The position numbers were made by a program, and so were the translations under genes. The notes under the pieces are model-generated. The model did no database searches and had not been told where the DNA came from. It worked only from the letters and a program-made list of their open reading frames with translations. DNA of 64,000 nt from Cyanophyceae cyanobacterium. GTDB lineage: Bacteria; Cyanobacteriota; Cyanobacteriia; Cyanobacteriales; Laspinemataceae. Location: the NCBI GenBank assembly GCA_038321985.1, contig JBBQFN010000005.1:64001-128000 (forward strand), in the 5' to 3' direction. Every line of letters starts with the position of its first letter. The stretch's first letter is position 1. This document shows positions 60,818 through 64,000 of the stretch, in pieces.

Positions 60818-62479
60818 TTAAAACGGCATAGGCATCAGTTGTAAAGTACCAAGACCGATATCTTTAGGTGAGAGCGATCGCACTTCAAACAACGCTAACA
60901 TATCCTTTTGTTGAGGATTGCCACGGCTTGCTCCTGTCAAACCCATCGCAATCACCAATCCGCAATATCCCTTTGTTTTTTTACACCGTCCGTCCCACTT
61001 ATTACGAGCCGCAATGTGAACGGGGTCATCTTCGATAAACTCTCCAAATAGATAAAGTTCTCCATTTCCAGTTTGTAAAATGCCCAAATCAAAGCTATTC
61101 TCTCCGAAGGGGTCTTCGCCGCGATTAAAACAAATTCCTTTCACTCCCCCAGCTTTTTTTAAGGTGTCAATGATGACTTTAGCCTTGGGTCGGGAAGTTT
61201 GAATCAAGATCATAGGCAATCCATCCCCGATCGCATTAACTTTAGCCGATTGACAGTAAGAAGCGGAACCCTCTAGTTCTTTCAATGCTTCCCAGGGAAT
61301 CACCCCCAGACTGAGAAATGAATTTTCAGGTACCAAATCATTCCGCAACAAGGGGTCGAGATCATTATCCTCATCATCATCATCATAATCCTCCTCCTCA
61401 TCCGTGCTGGCACTGCCACTCATTTCAAACAGTTTCTCAGCCAGTTCTGGCATCGTACTTACGGTTACCGCCACTTCTTTTTGCGAAGGGCTCGTGTCCT
61501 CCTGTGGAACTGGAATCTTATACTGTTTGCTCAAAGTGGGGAACTTGCCCCCTGTCAACTTACGACGTGCCGTGCGGAAGAAGCGAGCAAACGCATCCAG
61601 GGCGAGAATGGTCAGCAGCGCCTCCTCATCATAGAGAATGGCTCGCATTCCTTCTAAGGGGTGCAAATTGCCAAATGTCGGCTGGATCTGGCTTGTAGGT
61701 AGATCCGAGAGGTCAATATCCTCGTCTTCATCTTCACTTTCAAAGGTGATGAATAGGCAATCTTGAGACAAAAAGGCTTCTTCTAAACGTTCAGGGGATT
61801 CATTGGCAATAATCCGCTTTCTAAATTGAGTCAGAGATTCCAAAGAGCGATATAATAAAACGCCATAATCCAGCCCCAGCATCCCCATGACGCACACATA
61901 AAGAGTGCCAACATCCCACCCTTCCAGTTCAATCGAGATAATTTGATGATCCGCTAGACATTTCCAGGGACCTGCCTGCCAGACCTCAAGAGCTTTTTCT
62001 TCCAAGCTCTTTACATACTGAGGGGGTAACAGAGGCGGTTTGCGATCAACCACATCCTGAAACCCCCGAAACAGTTCGTCAATCAGGGGTAGATCCGGCA
62101 CATACTCAAGGGCAATTCCCAAGTCTTGAAGGACCCCGCGCAGGAAAAATAGGATTTCCCGGTCCTTGACCACAATTTTCTGAGGACGACCCGGGAGTGC
62201 GGGACTGTGAGGATGCTCCATTGCCCTTAGTAATGTGCGAACGACCGCTTCATTCCCTATTTCAGGGGAGACGACATCCATCGAGCGGACGATTCCTTGG
62301 GACCCATCCACCCACATAATGCAGTCCCCACCATTTTCTAAATCATGCTCAGCTAAAGCGGATGGGCTTAGGGGTAGGGGTTCAGACATGGGACGGCGAT
62401 CGCCTTCCCAGACTGAGGAAATTTGTTGGAGTTGTTGTAACCGACGACGGGTAGAGAAGTTTAAACCTGCCATAAACAA
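60818..62479 (-). CDS. Conserved-looking acidic hypothetical protein
   Basis: 553 aa ORF with acidic tracts; no motif assigned with confidence. Confidence 0.8.
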   Translation of the reverse strand: MFMAGLNFSTRRRLQQLQQISSVWEGDRRPMSEPLPLSPSALAEHDLENGGDCIMWVDGSQGIVRSMDVVSPEIGNEAVVRTLLRAMEHPHSPALPGRPQKIVVKDREILFFLRGVLQDLGIALEYVPDLPLIDELFRGFQDVVDRKPPLLPPQYVKSLEEKALEVWQAGPWKCLADHQIISIELEGWDVGTLYVCVMGMLGLDYGVLLYRSLESLTQFRKRIIANESPERLEEAFLSQDCLFITFESEDEDEDIDLSDLPTSQIQPTFGNLHPLEGMRAILYDEEALLTILALDAFARFFRTARRKLTGGKFPTLSKQYKIPVPQEDTSPSQKEVAVTVSTMPELAEKLFEMSGSASTDEEEDYDDDDEDNDLDPLLRNDLVPENSFLSLGVIPWEALKELEGSASYCQSAKVNAIGDGLPMILIQTSRPKAKVIIDTLKKAGGVKGICFNRGEDPFGENSFDLGILQTGNGELYLFGEFIEDDPVHIAARNKWDGRCKKTKGYCGLVIAMGLTGASRGNPQQKDMLALFEVRSLSPKDIGLGTLQLMPMPF

Positions 62480-62900
62480 TTCATTATAGGGTGTACGGAA
62501 CTAATGTTTAAAATAGACAGTTAACGGTTACTCCTAATTCAAAACCACTGAAAACTGTAATAAAAGCTCCCGTAATGTTTCTAATAGCCCCCTGGGATTC
62601 AGTAGGAGTTATGGGGGGAGTCAGGACTCGCCAATGATTGAGAATTCACACAGAATTGAGAAAAGTTTTAAGAGTGTTAATAACAGGCTTATTTTGTCTT
62701 CTCTATCCTTGATCGTTTCTCAGGTCTGTCATCTCGGGTTGCCCTATTCCTAGGTTCCCCTGCTTCCGTGCTGCATTCCTCGCTACAATGAACGTAGAAG
62801 AGACTAAAGCCCTCTTAGTATAGAACAGCAACACAGACAACAGCATAGTTATAACGGCACAGTTAGAACAAGAATCAAGAATCAGGAGATCCCTAAACTA

Positions 62901-63263
62901 ATGACACAAGCAACACAGGCTCAACAAAGCGGGATTATAGTCACCGACTCGGCTATGAAGCACATTAACTCCCTCCGGAGTCAACAAGGGGGCCAAGACC
63001 TCTGTCTACGAGTGGGCGTGCGCGGGGGTGGCTGCTCTGGAATGTCCTATACGATGGATTTTGAACAGATTGGCAATATTCAGGCCGACGATGAAGTCTT
63101 TGAGTATGAAGAAGGCTTCAAAGTTGTATGCGATAAAAAGAGCCTGCTTTATATTTATGGCATGGCCCTTGACTACAGCAACGCCTTGATTGGCGGGGGC
63201 TTCCAATTTACCAACCCTAATGCCACTCAAACCTGTGGCTGTGGCAAGTCCTTTTCTGCCTAA
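62901..63263 (+). CDS. iscA: A-type Fe-S carrier (HesB/IscA family)
   Basis: RGGGCSGMSY and NPNATQTCGCGKSF. Confidence 0.93.
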   Translation: MTQATQAQQSGIIVTDSAMKHINSLRSQQGGQDLCLRVGVRGGGCSGMSYTMDFEQIGNIQADDEVFEYEEGFKVVCDKKSLLYIYGMALDYSNALIGGGFQFTNPNATQTCGCGKSFSA

Positions 63264-63332
63264 GTGGCACCTCCCCATTTTAACCTTTTTTGCAATCGCC
63301 ACCGTCCCTCCTAATCTCTCATGGCTCCTACG

Positions 63333-63363
63333 GACCCAGGTCAGGAATCTGACCTGGGTCTAC
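63333..63363 (-). repeat. GTAG-led hairpin of a different REP-like family
   Basis: Minus strand GTAGACCCAGGTCAG-ATTC-CTGACCTGGGTC, 12 bp perfect stem. Confidence 0.7.
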
Positions 63364-63520
63364 TATTTTGGGGTTTCAATAGCCCTCTTGTCAAAGCAGC
63401 GATATCAGAGACCCCGGTTAACTCTCCTCCTCCCCCGTTTCTCCCCCATCGTTTTACTGGAGTTGAAAAACCGGACAGGCTTTTGGATACAATCTAACCA
63501 CTGCACGTGAAGAACCGCTT

Positions 63521-63940
63521 ATGACTGAAACCGTTGAATCTCAATTTACCAGTGGTGTCGAACGCTACAAAGCAGGGGAAGGCCCAGACGCCCTCATCCC
63601 GGTATTCCGGGATATTTGCGATCGCGCCCCGAAAAACAGTCCCGCTTGGACTTGTTTAGCTTGGCTGTATTTATTAGCGGATAAACCGACTCCTGCCTAT
63701 AAAGCCGCTCAAAAAGCTGTCAAACTCAATCCCCAAGATGCTCAAGCTCAGGTTAACCTAGCAGTGGCGATGCTCGATAGTGGACAAAAAGGCGTCCGTA
63801 CTCACATTGAAATCGTGCAACAACTGATGATGGTTGCCTCAGAATTGCACGATGAAGTGAAGGAAAATATCGATGAGGGATTGAATCGAAAACCCGATTG
63901 GAAGAGTTTACAACGGGTCAAAGACTGGCTGTTTGAATAA
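63521..63940 (+). CDS. Small TPR protein
   Basis: AWTCLAWLYLL...AQKAVKLNPQDAQAQVNLA. Confidence 0.85.
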   Translation: MTETVESQFTSGVERYKAGEGPDALIPVFRDICDRAPKNSPAWTCLAWLYLLADKPTPAYKAAQKAVKLNPQDAQAQVNLAVAMLDSGQKGVRTHIEIVQQLMMVASELHDEVKENIDEGLNRKPDWKSLQRVKDWLFE

Positions 63941-64000
63941 GGTTCACCCTTTGACTCTCGGTCAGGAGCGATCGCACTTTTCTGGACAATTCATTTAATT

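Larger units (their letters stand above)
1..64000. repeat. HIP1 octamer GCGATCGC dispersed throughout
   Basis: Dozens of copies, e.g. 111, 894 and 1529, mostly inside genes; not counted exactly. Confidence 0.95.

Overview
This is a chromosomal window from a filamentous cyanobacterium. The evidence is dense HIP1 GCGATCGC octamers, psbM and full-length kaiABC; the repeat families and gene content are Oscillatoriales-like, which is an inference. It is mostly core and semi-core content: truB, psbM with a 2Fe-2S ferredoxin, TolC, a PacS/CopA-type Cu ATPase, rubredoxin, envelope glycosyltransferases, ispD, iscA, tRNA-Arg(CCG), kaiABC, two large sensor kinases and TPR/CHAT proteins. I see no CRISPR array, transposase, prophage or recognisable defence operon. 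The best leads are: (1) a CBS-PAS-kinase with atypical receivers, head-to-head with kaiA; (2) a protein with a Cys-less phycobiliprotein-like domain on the other side of the kai/tRNA locus; (3) a GTAG-hairpin REP-like family forming tandem arrays, inverted pairs and covarying stems; (4) an RND transporter relic collapsed by serial deletions; (5) an orphan eukaryote/virus-type vWA gene; (6) a shared dyad motif upstream of stress genes; (7) a C-terminal PVRALW motif on a secreted protein. All family assignments come from motif recognition by eye; no searches were run.
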